From IMG/VR virus record IMGVR_UViG_3300028888_000055: 64,000 nt of DNA. One strand, given 5' to 3'. The translations under genes and the position numbers were made by a program. Origin of the DNA: a virus (taxonomy: Duplodnaviria > Caudoviricetes). Below are positions 12,729-22,682 of this stretch, piece by piece. Below the pieces are notes generated by a model that saw only the letters and a list, made by a program, of their open reading frames with translations, was not told where the DNA came from and searched no databases. Numbering within the stretch: the first letter of the stretch is position 1; every line of letters starts with the position of its first letter.

Positions 12729-14150
12729 ATGATAGTAGCAAATTTTGTAACAAATCGCCCAACTATGAGCGAAACCCGCACATATGAGGATTTTTACAAG
12801 TTCCTCGGTGCAAAGCCTACTCGTCTCGGTGTTGTTTCGAGACTTTATCCCGAATTAACTGCTTCTTATTTAACTGAATCTTTAAGAAATATTTTCTACA
12901 TGGATTCTAAGTCAAATAACAAGTATAGAAACATCGACTCAATGTACTTTGAGTGGGAAGTAGAAACTAATTATATCAAACGTGTTGAACTCGCAGCAAC
13001 TCCAGAAGGTGACGGCTGCAATGGTACTTCTATTTTCTTTGCTTTCAAAGAAAATTATTATCAGAAATACGACATTTGGAAGGCTGATAATACTTTCGAA
13101 CAGTTCCAGGTAATTTCTCGTCCTATCCGTAAGGCTGACGATTACTGGGTGCTTGAATGTCGTTTAATTACTACTGATCTTAACGATAAGATTGATCCTA
13201 ATGATTATCACGCTGGTGATACTACTCGCTTCCAGAGTAATGCAATGCCTGAATTACACGAAGAAGGCTATGTTAAGTATCAGTCTAACGTAGAACGTCA
13301 TCGTGGTTACATCTCAACTCACCGTGTTGATGATACTTATTCAGCTCTTTATAAGGCTCATGAAAATGTATTCATCTCGATTGGTAAGGGTGACGGTAAC
13401 GGTAAGATGAAAGAAACCATGTATAAGATGGATACTGTAGAGAAGAACCTTCTCCAGAACTTCTTATATGTTCGTAACAATGGTTTACTTTTCAACAAGT
13501 GTAATGTTGATAAGAATGGTAAGGCCACTATTAGCGATCCTGACACTGGTCGTCCTATCTACATTGGCGACGGTATTATTCCTCAAGTAGAACGCTTCGC
13601 TTCGAAGTATGTTTATAACACTCTTTCTGTTGATGCATTCCAAACTGCAATCAGCATGATGTGTCAGAAGGCTGAAAAGGCTGAAGGTAACAAGTTCGTC
13701 TTCATCTGCAACGAAAAGATGTGGCACGATATCCAGAGAACTCTTGGTTCTTGGCTTGCTAACTTCAAGACTTGTGGTACTTATTTGTGGTCTAAGGCCG
13801 CTAATGGCTATGTAAATGTTGGCGCAACATTCAATAGCTATGAATATGCAGGCAATACTATCTCATTCAAGGTAGATAGAACCTTCTCTCGTGAGTATGG
13901 TGACAACAAGGGCTTTGGTTTATTCTTAGACCTTACTGCTGACAAGACTAGTGGAGAACCTGCTATCGAGATGTTCTCGCTTAAGGGTGGCGACTTCATC
14001 AGCAATAAACTTCCTGGTGTTGGTGGTCTTGATGGTTTAAGCTCTGGCTTGGTTGCAAGTACAGTAGCAGGTAGTAAGCTCATTAACTGGGGTTACTCAG
14101 GTGTAGCTGTATTCAATCCTTACAGAAGCTTCATCTTAAGAGAGGCGTAA
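12729..14150 (+). CDS. Major capsid protein (473 aa)
   Basis: Size, position after the scaffold-like gene, strongly biased high-expression codon usage (aag/ttc/cgt/ggt), crAss-MCP-like motifs (GRPIYIGDGIIPQVERF; GVAVFNPYRSFIL) and a downstream terminator. No TAG. Confidence 0.88.
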   Translation: MIVANFVTNRPTMSETRTYEDFYKFLGAKPTRLGVVSRLYPELTASYLTESLRNIFYMDSKSNNKYRNIDSMYFEWEVETNYIKRVELAATPEGDGCNGTSIFFAFKENYYQKYDIWKADNTFEQFQVISRPIRKADDYWVLECRLITTDLNDKIDPNDYHAGDTTRFQSNAMPELHEEGYVKYQSNVERHRGYISTHRVDDTYSALYKAHENVFISIGKGDGNGKMKETMYKMDTVEKNLLQNFLYVRNNGLLFNKCNVDKNGKATISDPDTGRPIYIGDGIIPQVERFASKYVYNTLSVDAFQTAISMMCQKAEKAEGNKFVFICNEKMWHDIQRTLGSWLANFKTCGTYLWSKAANGYVNVGATFNSYEYAGNTISFKVDRTFSREYGDNKGFGLFLDLTADKTSGEPAIEMFSLKGGDFISNKLPGVGGLDGLSSGLVASTVAGSKLINWGYSGVAVFNPYRSFILREA

Positions 14151-14159
14151 TCACATAAT

Positions 14160-14205
14160 ATTAATAATTGGGGAATACTAAATTTCCCCAATTATTAATT
14201 TTTTT
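14160..14205 (+). terminator. Intrinsic terminator after MCP
   Basis: attaataattggggaa-tactaaat-ttccccaattattaat followed by a T run. Confidence 0.8.
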
Positions 14206-14218
14206 AAACTTGAATTAT

Positions 14219-14539
14219 ATGGCAAAATTAAATAAAGGGTTTTTCCTAAAAATCCCTTATGGTAATTAGACATATAAGGGACAGAGTGCTGCAGATGTAA
14301 GTGAACTTATTCAACTTATAGAAGATTTGCAAGAAGAATTAGCAGATTTAAAGACAAAAGCTGAAAATTTAGCAGATCAAGTTGAAGCACAAGAAGATAC
14401 AATCAATAACATTGTAACAGCTATAGATGCAGACGAAAATGGAGATTTAGGAGATGTTAAAAAGATATTTGATTTTCTTGATACAAATAAAGATAAAGAC
14501 TTAGCTCAAAACGACAGAGTCGGTTGGGTAGAGGATTAA
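14219..14539 (+). CDS. Small coiled-coil structural protein (106 aa)
   Basis: ATG 14219, single TAG at codon 17, in frame with track ORF 14327; ends VGWVED-TAA. Confidence 0.7.
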
Positions 14540-14576
14540 AAAACTTTTATATTAACTTTTTAATTTTTTAAATTTT

Positions 14577-15878
14577 ATGGCTTTAATACAATTTAAAAGA
14601 GGCGCTATTGCTCAAAGAGGCGATTCTGGTGCCAATGGTTTAGTTTACTTTGCAACAGATACTCAGGAACTTTTCATGGCTGATGCAACTGGTAACTGGA
14701 AGAAGTATGGTGATGGTGCTACACCAGTAACTGATGTTACATACTCTGAGGGTACATTTACTGTAACTAAGAGTCAAAATGGTACTCCGACTACATTTAC
14801 TATAACTCCTAGCGATTTAGGATTAGAAGGTGGTTCAGCTACTATTGCTTCTAAAAATGGAAATGTTGTAACTCTCAAGGCTGGCTTGGCCCAAAGCGAT
14901 TCTACTTTAGCTATTAGTAATAATTCAGGAACTGATATTACATTAGCTGCAGTCGCTTCGACTGGTGATGCCGAAGATATTACTGTAGATTCTGATTCTT
15001 ATGGCGGGTCATCAAACGTTACTAACCTTCAAGCCGCTCTGGATAATTTAGCTGATGCTGTTGATGCTGCTGCCGCTGGTGGTGTCCTTTCGCTTGCTGG
15101 AGGTACAGGTACTGGATCCGCTACAGGTGTAAGTGTAAGTGTTTCTCCAAATCAGTCTACTGGAGCTGTTACCTTAGGTGTAACTGTTGATGATAGTGCT
15201 CTTGATACTTATATTACAGGAAAGGTTGCTGGTTTATGGCATTTCAAGGGAACTGTTGCTACTGTAGCTGCTCTCGATAATGTTTCTAATCCTGCTGAAG
15301 GTGATGTATATCAAGTAACTGCTGATGGTAGTGAATATGCTTATAATGGCTCTGCATGGGTTGAACTTGGTACAGTTATGGATCTTTCTGCCTATACAGT
15401 AAAGAGCGTAGATACAACTGCTTCTAATGGTATTAACTTAAGCAATACTAATGGTGTAGTTGATGTAGTTGTAACTCCTGGTAGTGTTGCTGCTAATAAT
15501 ACTAGCGTTGTTCTTGGTGGGGATGTTTATACTGCAATCAATAATGCTATCACTGGTTTAGATAGTGATGCTTCTCTTTCTAATACTGATGCTGCTGCAG
15601 TAACTGGTGCTACAAAGACCTCTTATGGTAAGGCCCTTACTAAGGTCGTAATGTCTGACGGTGCTCTCCAAGATGTTGGCTCTAACGCTTCTGAAGAACA
15701 ATCGTTTGACTTGGCAGGTGCTGCAAATGCTGCTTATACTGATGCTGTTGCTCACACTGTTAATGGTAGAGCTTTATCAACTAATCCAACCTTAAGTGCT
15801 AACGATATTCAAGTCAAAACAACAGGCACTCCAACTGCGGGTTCTGTAAATGCATATCTTACTTGGATTGAAGCATAA
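14577..15878 (+). CDS. Ala/Thr-rich head fibre/decoration protein (433 aa)
   Basis: N-terminal IQFKRG...GLVYFATDTQELF, internal FKGTV...GDVYQV...EYAYNGSAWVELG fibre module; high-expression codon usage; no TAG. Confidence 0.7.
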   Translation: MALIQFKRGAIAQRGDSGANGLVYFATDTQELFMADATGNWKKYGDGATPVTDVTYSEGTFTVTKSQNGTPTTFTITPSDLGLEGGSATIASKNGNVVTLKAGLAQSDSTLAISNNSGTDITLAAVASTGDAEDITVDSDSYGGSSNVTNLQAALDNLADAVDAAAAGGVLSLAGGTGTGSATGVSVSVSPNQSTGAVTLGVTVDDSALDTYITGKVAGLWHFKGTVATVAALDNVSNPAEGDVYQVTADGSEYAYNGSAWVELGTVMDLSAYTVKSVDTTASNGINLSNTNGVVDVVVTPGSVAANNTSVVLGGDVYTAINNAITGLDSDASLSNTDAAAVTGATKTSYGKALTKVVMSDGALQDVGSNASEEQSFDLAGAANAAYTDAVAHTVNGRALSTNPTLSANDIQVKTTGTPTAGSVNAYLTWIEA

Positions 15879-15898
15879 TCCAATTTTACAATATAAAA

Positions 15899-15930
15899 AA
15901 TAAGGGGGAATTATACTCCCCCTTATTATT
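15899..15930 (+). terminator. Hairpin terminator
   Basis: aataaggggga-attatac-tcccccttatt. Confidence 0.7.
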
Positions 15931-15955
15931 ATTAATCTTTTAATTTAAATTTACA

Positions 15956-17275
15956 ATGAGTTTAGTTAAATTTGTTAAGGGCGACACTACAAGTAATAGT
16001 AGTACATATACAAGACAAGGAACGGGTAATATAGAATTTGACTCAACAACTAAGAAAATATACCTTGATGGTATGGATTATACTGGTGAGGTTGAAGATG
16101 AATTATTAGAAAACTCAAATAATCCCGTTTCTTCTAGTGCACTTTATGAAGTTATTACACAAAATGAATTAACTACAGCTGCTGCATTAACTGAACATGA
16201 AGACGCTATTTCCGATATAAATACTGCTTTAAATAATAAGCAGGATGCACTTACGTTTGACACAACCCCTACTACAAGCAGTACTAATCCAGTAACCTCA
16301 GGTGGTATTAAGACATATGTTGATAATAATTCTCCTTTAAAAGTTACTATCACTTATAATCAAGTTGCTGGTGCGGAGGCTTACTTATCTGACAAAAAAT
16401 ATAGTGTAATTAAAACAGCAATAACTAACGGTAGAGTTGTCAAACTTTATTATAATAATAAAGAGTTCGATCTTAAAGCTATTGATTCAACTGAAGTTAC
16501 CTTTGAACGTAATGAAAATGACAATACTTATACTAGTATTAAAATAACAAATGTGAATCATGTTCAAGTAACAACTGGTACAACGCTTGTTAGTGGCACT
16601 AATATCAAGACTGTAAACAGTAATTCATTGTTGGGAAGTGGAGACATATCACTAGACGCAGACAATCTTTCAATGACTACTGCTGATCCTAATGGTAACT
16701 GGGATGCTAATGATAGTATAGAAGATGCTGTAATTGCAAACAGTAATGCCATTAATGATTTAGACAGTAACAAGCAAGATACTCTTGTAAGTGGTACTAA
16801 TATTAAGACCATAAACAGAAACTCATTGTTAGGCAGTGGAAATGTTCAACTTGACGGCAGCAACCTGATCTATACTGGAAGTGAAAGTTATAACTTACAA
16901 GCCAGTGATACGATAGACCAAAGTCTTGATACTCTTGATGAGATAACATACAACAAACAAGATAGATTAGTTAGTGGCACTAATATTAAAACTATAAATG
17001 ATCAAAGTCTACTTGGTAGTGGAAATTTAGATCTAAATCCTTTAATATTTATTACTTTTTGGACAATTGACCGACCTGTTTCACCTTCAAATAGTCAATA
17101 CTGGTATAATCCTGCACAAAATGAACTTTAGGTGTATAATGGGAGTACTTGGACATCAGTTACACTTAGTTAGCAAAAATTATATATACGCTTAGCAACT
17201 AATGAAATATATCGTTATGATGGTAGGGAAATGGTTCGAATGACTCTAAATCCAACTTCTATTGTAACTACATAA
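15956..17275 (+). CDS. Fibre protein with three LVSGTNIKTIN repeats (439 aa)
   Basis: Track ORF extended through 2 TAG to TAA 17273-17275. The extension (KLYIRLATNEIYRYDGREMV) resembles the C-terminus of 9375-11555 (VIYCNSFNNKLYRWNKNSETMV). Confidence 0.8.
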
Positions 17276-17317
17276 TAATATATAGGAAAAAAGTAAAGAC
17301 TAAATAAAATAAAACTA

Positions 17318-17698
17318 ATGGCAATAAAACAACTTAAAGACAGTACTGGTACCAATTTTTATCCTTATACAGAAGTAAATGCCATTGTTGATGCTGAAAC
17401 TATAAATAAAATTCCACAGGTAATAGGAACTTCTGCAGCTTCTGTCACCATTGATCCTTACAAATTCTATGACTTTGGAACAGTTTCACAATCAATGACA
17501 ATTGTGTTTAATACTTCTGCAGAGGTTAGTGGTTATATGAAAGAATATATGATAAGATTTGTTGCAGGAAATGGTTGTAATATTACATTACCTAATGGAA
17601 CATTATGGAGTGGGGGCTCTGCTCCCATATTTACTGCAACACATACATATGAAATTGATATTGTAAATGGGTGTGCTGTAGTAGGAGAGTTTTATTGA
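17318..17698 (+). CDS. Small fibre/adaptor protein (126 aa), paralogue of 19143-19820
   Basis: MAIKQLKDSTGTNFYPYT...EYMIRFVAG...ITLPNGTLWSGGSAP...YEIDIVNG-TGA. Confidence 0.75.
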   Translation: MAIKQLKDSTGTNFYPYTEVNAIVDAETINKIPQVIGTSAASVTIDPYKFYDFGTVSQSMTIVFNTSAEVSGYMKEYMIRFVAGNGCNITLPNGTLWSGGSAPIFTATHTYEIDIVNGCAVVGEFY

Positions 17699-17718
17699 TA
17701 TATAAACTTTTTTGAATT

Positions 17719-18930
17719 ATGCACGTATTAAGAAGACTATTATTGATGGTGAGAGAAGTTATAATTCCTCCAACACCAGGACACATACTTACTATACAAG
17801 GTGTAAATAGTATTGAATCAACTAATGTTCAATACTCTGCCATCTATGATAACTCACCAGTTAGTTCAGGTATGACTTGGTCAATTATCTCTGGATCTCA
17901 ATATGCCTCAATAGATAACTCTGGTGAAGTTATTATATTGTCTGGAGCTAATAACTCCACAGTGATTATACAAGTGTCATATTTAGGAATGACCGCAACT
18001 AAGACAATATCATTAACATATAAGTCAGGAACTACTTCACAAACTGAGACAACAACCACAACAGATCCTGAGACTGGAGAATAGACTACTAAAACAACTA
18101 CTACAACTACCAATCAAGATGGTTCTTCAATAACTACTACAACAACTGTAACTACTGATGAGAATGGTGATGTAACAGGAAGTAGTGAAACTGAAACTAA
18201 TGTTGCAGTTGATGGTTCATCATCAACAACTACTACTAATTACGATGAGGATGGAGATCCGACATCAGGAACTAATAATACTATTGATACATTAGGTAAC
18301 TCTAATACCCAGGAAGTTGTATATGATGAAAATGGCAATACTACTGTAACATCATATATTATTGATACTACAGGCAATGAACAAGGAACTGGTGAAACTA
18401 TTACAGGAACAGGTGTTAATACTGAATTCATCCCATTTGATGGAACTTCGGGATTTGAAATGCATATACGATTCTATTCAAGAAAACAAGACCAACCAAA
18501 TCCACCAATCGTTACTGATACTGAGGATACTAGTTCAAATTATCACTTTACTATTCTTTGTGCTAAAGATCCTCGTTCACCATATCCTGGATTCCATATT
18601 CGTTGGACATTATCTAGAACAAATTATAATAGTGGAAACCTTGTATTAGGATATAGGGGTAGAACAGGTAGTTCAAAAAATCAGTCTCTGGCAATATCAA
18701 AAAATAATGATATGTATGATTTTACTATTACTTATGATCCTGAACTTAAGAAATATCCAAGTAAATTTAGATGTGTTGATAATTTAAATGGTGGAGCACT
18801 AGTTACATTAAATCTTGATTTTAATGCGATTAATTATGAATGTACATTAGGTTATAATATAAATCAACAAGGTCAACCATATCGTTACTCTAATTTAACT
18901 ATATACGAATTTAGTATTAATAAATTATGA
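17719..18930 (+). CDS. Ig-like plus Thr-rich repeat protein, putative receptor-binding/adhesin (403 aa)
   Basis: Track ORFs 17719-18084 and 18460-18930 are in one frame, joined by a single TAG. TWSIISGSQYASIDNSG Ig-like domain followed by TTTT-D/N-x-DG hairpin repeats. Confidence 0.75.
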
Positions 18931-19052
18931 ATTGCGTAAGAAGGCAATTATTAATGATAGAAAAGGCTAAGATAGATTTACTAGTGAACCTAATGGAGTT
19001 ACATTTGAATTAGGTACATTTACAAATCAATAAAATAGCCCACCAACATTAA
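18927..19052 (+). pseudogene. Probable remnant of a paralogue of 17719-18930
   Basis: ATGA-coupled 41-aa ORF MNCVRRQLLMIEK... echoes MHVLRRLLLMVRE and then degenerates. Confidence 0.35.
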
Positions 19053-19142
19053 GCATGGAGGTTATTGATTTTAACGTACATAAATTATAAGATTCATAAA
19101 AATAAAAATTATTCATAGGACAATTATTAATATTAAGTGAGT

Positions 19143-19820
19143 ATGGCAAGAAAACAACTTAAAGATAGTGCTGGTGTAGACTTTTACCCGTATACCGATT
19201 TAGAGAGTGTTATTGATGAAAGTAATAACACATTAGCATCAATATTATCTGAAAAACAGGATACGTTGGTTAGTGGGACTAACGTTAAGACAATAAATAG
19301 CGCCTCCCTTTTAGGGAGTGGCAATATTGCGATTAACGGAGGCACATTAGCCTACACAGGTGTTGACTTGTATGACACGGTAACGGGGGGAACTGTTGAT
19401 GATGAAATTGATGCGTTAGATGCAAGGAAGGCGAGGGAAATAACCTTCACAAAAAAGACGGGTAGTACGTCAATAACATTTACATCGTCATCGCAAATAT
19501 ACGGACGACGAGTGTACTGTCTTTCTTCAAATGCTACCACTTGGCAGGCGATAAACTCTTTAACGTTTAACACGGGTTCGTTCAATACAGTGCAATGGAC
19601 TCAAATAACTCCTGCTATTGGGGGAACATTGCCTGCGGTTGGCGATAGGGTGTCGGAGTATTACTGCATATTCTTTGCAGGAGTAAACGATATGCCAATC
19701 ACTTTCCCCTCCAATATAAAATGGGAGAATGGTGAGAAACCCACAATAAAAGCAAATGATTTTTGCGAACTTGTAATAAGAAATGGTATTGCATCACTTA
19801 GGAGGACGATAATACAATAA
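19143..19820 (+). CDS. Fibre/adaptor protein with atypical codon usage (225 aa)
   Basis: MARKQLKDSAGVDFYPYT, one KQDTLVSGTNVKTIN repeat, C-terminal ITFPSNIKWENGEKP; many ACG/GCG/GGG codons; no TAG. Confidence 0.8.
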   Translation: MARKQLKDSAGVDFYPYTDLESVIDESNNTLASILSEKQDTLVSGTNVKTINSASLLGSGNIAINGGTLAYTGVDLYDTVTGGTVDDEIDALDARKAREITFTKKTGSTSITFTSSSQIYGRRVYCLSSNATTWQAINSLTFNTGSFNTVQWTQITPAIGGTLPAVGDRVSEYYCIFFAGVNDMPITFPSNIKWENGEKPTIKANDFCELVIRNGIASLRRTIIQ

Positions 19821-19889
19821 AATAAACAACGAGGCCTAGCGCATTTTAACTAAAATTAATTATTTAATACTTTAAATATATATTGTAAT

Positions 19890-20702
19890 ATGCAAACATT
19901 AAAAAAAGGCAGTAAAGGTAATGATGTAAAGAAACTTTAGGCATTACTAAAAGTGACAACTGACGGCTTCTTTGGTCCTAAAACAGAAGCTGCAGTTAAA
20001 CAATTTCAAAAAGATAAAGGCTTAGAAATTGATGGTATCTGTGGTCCCAAGACATGGGCTGCTTTAGGCGTAAGTACAGAACCAGTTAATAATTCTAAAG
20101 TAGTAGATCCTAGTGTAATATATGCCCCATTAAAGCATTGTATTACTAGTACTCCTAACAGAAATATTAAATATATTGCTATTCACTATACAGCTGGTGC
20201 AAGTTCAGCTCCTGGTCGTGCAATAGGGATGAAAAATAGTTGGGAAAAATCAAGACGTGCAAGTGCAGATTTTGGTATTGATGATAGGGATATTGTTCAA
20301 TTCAACCCTGACTTGAAAAACTATAAATGTTGGAGCGTTGGAGATAAGAAGAATCCCTATGGCGGTGGTGGTAGCTTATATGGCATCGCAACTAATGGCA
20401 ACACAATATCTATAGAGATTTGCTCTAATTTAAAACCTGGGTATAGTGCTTCAAAAGTCAATCACGAAGGATGGTATTACACTGATGCAGCACTAGCGAA
20501 TGCAATAAAGTTAGTTAAAATCTTAATGAAAAGATTTAACATACCTGTCGAACGTGTAGTTCGACACTATGACATTAGTGGTAAAATTTGCCCAGGAATT
20601 GTTGGTTGGAATAATCATACTCTTTATGATAAAAATGGCAATGCATTAAAAACAAAAAATAATTCCAGAAAGTGGGAAGAATTTAAAAAGAAATTAATAT
20701 AA
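19890..20702 (+). CDS. Endolysin: PG_binding_1 domain plus N-acetylmuramoyl-L-alanine amidase (Amidase_2) (270 aa)
   Basis: LKKGSKGNDVKKL[TAG]ALL...DGFFGPKTEAAVKQFQ...DGICGPKTW; amidase Zn motifs IAIHYT, ISIEIC, VVRHYD..GKICPG. Confidence 0.9.
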
Positions 20703-20704
20703 TA

Positions 20705-20736
20705 TTTGTTTATATTTTTATTATTTTATAATTTTG
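20705..20736 (+). promoter_or_regulatory. Complete Bacteroidetes promoter TTTG-N20-TAATTTTG
   Basis: TTTG at 20705-20708 and TAnnTTTG at 20729-20736, spacing 20 nt, upstream of ATG 20786. Confidence 0.7.
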
Positions 20737-20785
20737 CATTATATATCCAAAGATTTATATATAAATTTAAATTACAAATGAAATA

Positions 20786-21646
20786 ATGACAATGGAAAAA
20801 AATTTAATTGTTTTAAGAAGCGTATACGGTAAAGTAGGATAGATTTACTACATTCAGCCAGTAAAAGATCCTAAGACTGGTCGTTTTCCTGATTGCGTCA
20901 GGAGAGTAAATAGTATGGGTGACATGATTATGTCAGACGAAGATAGAAATTCTGGTAAGGTTTTAATTCCAGAAAATAGAGTATTTGAGATTCAAGATGG
21001 TATTCAATTTGATTTGGAAGATCCATATCAGAAAGCAGAATGGGAATGTATTCGTTACGCTCCTATTATAGCCCCTTCTAGAGACGCTCGTGACAGTCAT
21101 GGTAATTTACTTATCGACGGTGAGATTGCAGAAGGTAAAACTAATGCTCGTTATGGTATTGCTGAACTTTATGTAGAAGCTCCTGGTGTAGAAGTAACTA
21201 AGAAAGTTAGTAAAACTAAACAAATCTTCGATGCTCAATCTTATATCTTTAATGATACTAAGGGTGCAGAAGGACGAGTACTTAAAGCTCGCTTGTTAGG
21301 TAAGAATATGCGTAATGCTCCTGACTCAGAAGTAACAGAATACTTACTTAATATCGCATCCAAAGATCCTAAACGTATCATAGACCTTTATACAGGTACA
21401 GATATGTCTTTACGTTTGCTCTTAATAGAAGCACGCGAAAAACATGTTATTGTTGTTAAAAATAAAGTCTATGTTTATGGAGACGATATTGTTTTAGGTA
21501 TCTCTGACGATGCAGTAATCGCTTTCTTAAAGGATCCAAAGAATGCTAAACTTCTTGAACTTATAAAGAGAGATACTTATCCTGAGCTCGAGGAAGACAC
21601 TGAGGAAACTCCTAAGTCTAAAACCAAAGAAGCTAAGAAAAAATAA
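20786..21646 (+). CDS. Conserved crAss-like capsid-module protein (286 aa)
   Basis: ATG 20786 (or 20792), one TAG, in frame with track ORF 20915; basic C-tail. Confidence 0.75.
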
Positions 21647-21660
21647 TAATTATTTATATT

Positions 21661-22677
21661 ATGACCGCAAGACAAGTATATGAAGCAATGCTTGTGGAGC
21701 TAAACAAAACAGAGGCTCCCAGCTTGTTGTTGGAAGACTTTAATTATTTCTTCAATAAAGCTATTTCCCAATATATAAATTTACACTATAATATTTATGA
21801 TACTAGTCAACAAACTACAGATGATTTAAGAGTTTTAAAAGCAACTGCTGTTCTTAAACCAGTTAAATTGGAAGACGAAAATAACAATAATAAATATGGT
21901 GTAAAGACTAGTAATTCTTTATATAGTAATATATGGGAAGTAGAACTACCAGAAGATTATTTACATATACTAAATTGTATATGCGAATATAAAGTTAAGA
22001 AGCGTTTTAAATGTTATAATGCAGGTGAGTTATGGGCGCAACCTGCTTCTAGACTTACTTCTGATATGTGGTCGTAGGTTATCAACAATTTCTATATGCG
22101 CCCATCATATAGAAACCCATATTACTTTATCCATAACGTCAATCCTGTAAGAGAGGATGAAGGTTATTCTTCTGTTCAAGTTCCTACTAATCCTTATTAG
22201 GAAGCTAAAGAAGGACAAAGCAATTTAGGAACTGGTACAGACCCTGATGTAGTTGTTAAGGTAGAGAATGATATAGAAAAGATAGAACCAACAGGTTTAT
22301 CTAGAATCCTTCATACTCTTGAAAGCACAGAAAGGGAGGACCAAGTAGAACATTATCCAACCATAAGATATGGCAATCCCTCACAAGTCCGAATGGAGAT
22401 TCGGTATGGGAAGGATGATGGGATATTTGAATTGGATAAAGTTTATGTAGACTATTTAAAGACTCCGCAACATATTAGATTAACTCAAGAACAAATAGAT
22501 TTAACTGAAGACACATCATAGATCTTGGAATTTCCAGATTATGTTTGTCAAGAGATAATAAATGGGCTGGTACGACTCGTCATGGAAAATGCGAGTGATT
22601 AGAGATTATAGACCCACATGGGTATAAATACAACTGTTGCCACGCCAGGCCAGCAACAGGAATCTAAACAAAATTAA
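21661..22677 (+). CDS. Putative tail ring / head-tail connector protein (338 aa)
   Basis: Read through TAG to TAA 22675-22677. Motifs EDFNYFFNKA, LPEDYLH, VDYLKTP and LEFPDYVCQEII resemble crAss ring (tail tubular-like) proteins. Confidence 0.65.
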
Positions 22678-22682
22678 GAAAT

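Larger units (their letters stand above)
9546..19330 (+). repeat. Dispersed about 25-aa repeat KQDxLVSGTNIKTINxxS(I/L)LGSGN(I/L), 8 copies in 3 genes
   Basis: Copies start near 9546, 9978, 10212, 10701, 16577, 16772, 16955 and 19254. Confidence 0.85.

Noticed and set aside
9546-19330. Diversity-generating retroelement or CRISPR array explaining the repeats
   Set aside because: The repeats are in-frame protein modules differing mostly at synonymous sites, not adenine-specific, and there is no regular repeat-spacer period. No reverse transcriptase or cas gene is present in the window.
18931-19889. Suppressor tRNA or other ncRNA in intergenic gaps
   Set aside because: The gaps are short and AT-rich, with no cloverleaf or T-loop (GTTCRA) context recognised. 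tRNAscan-SE/ARAGORN on the full genome is needed.
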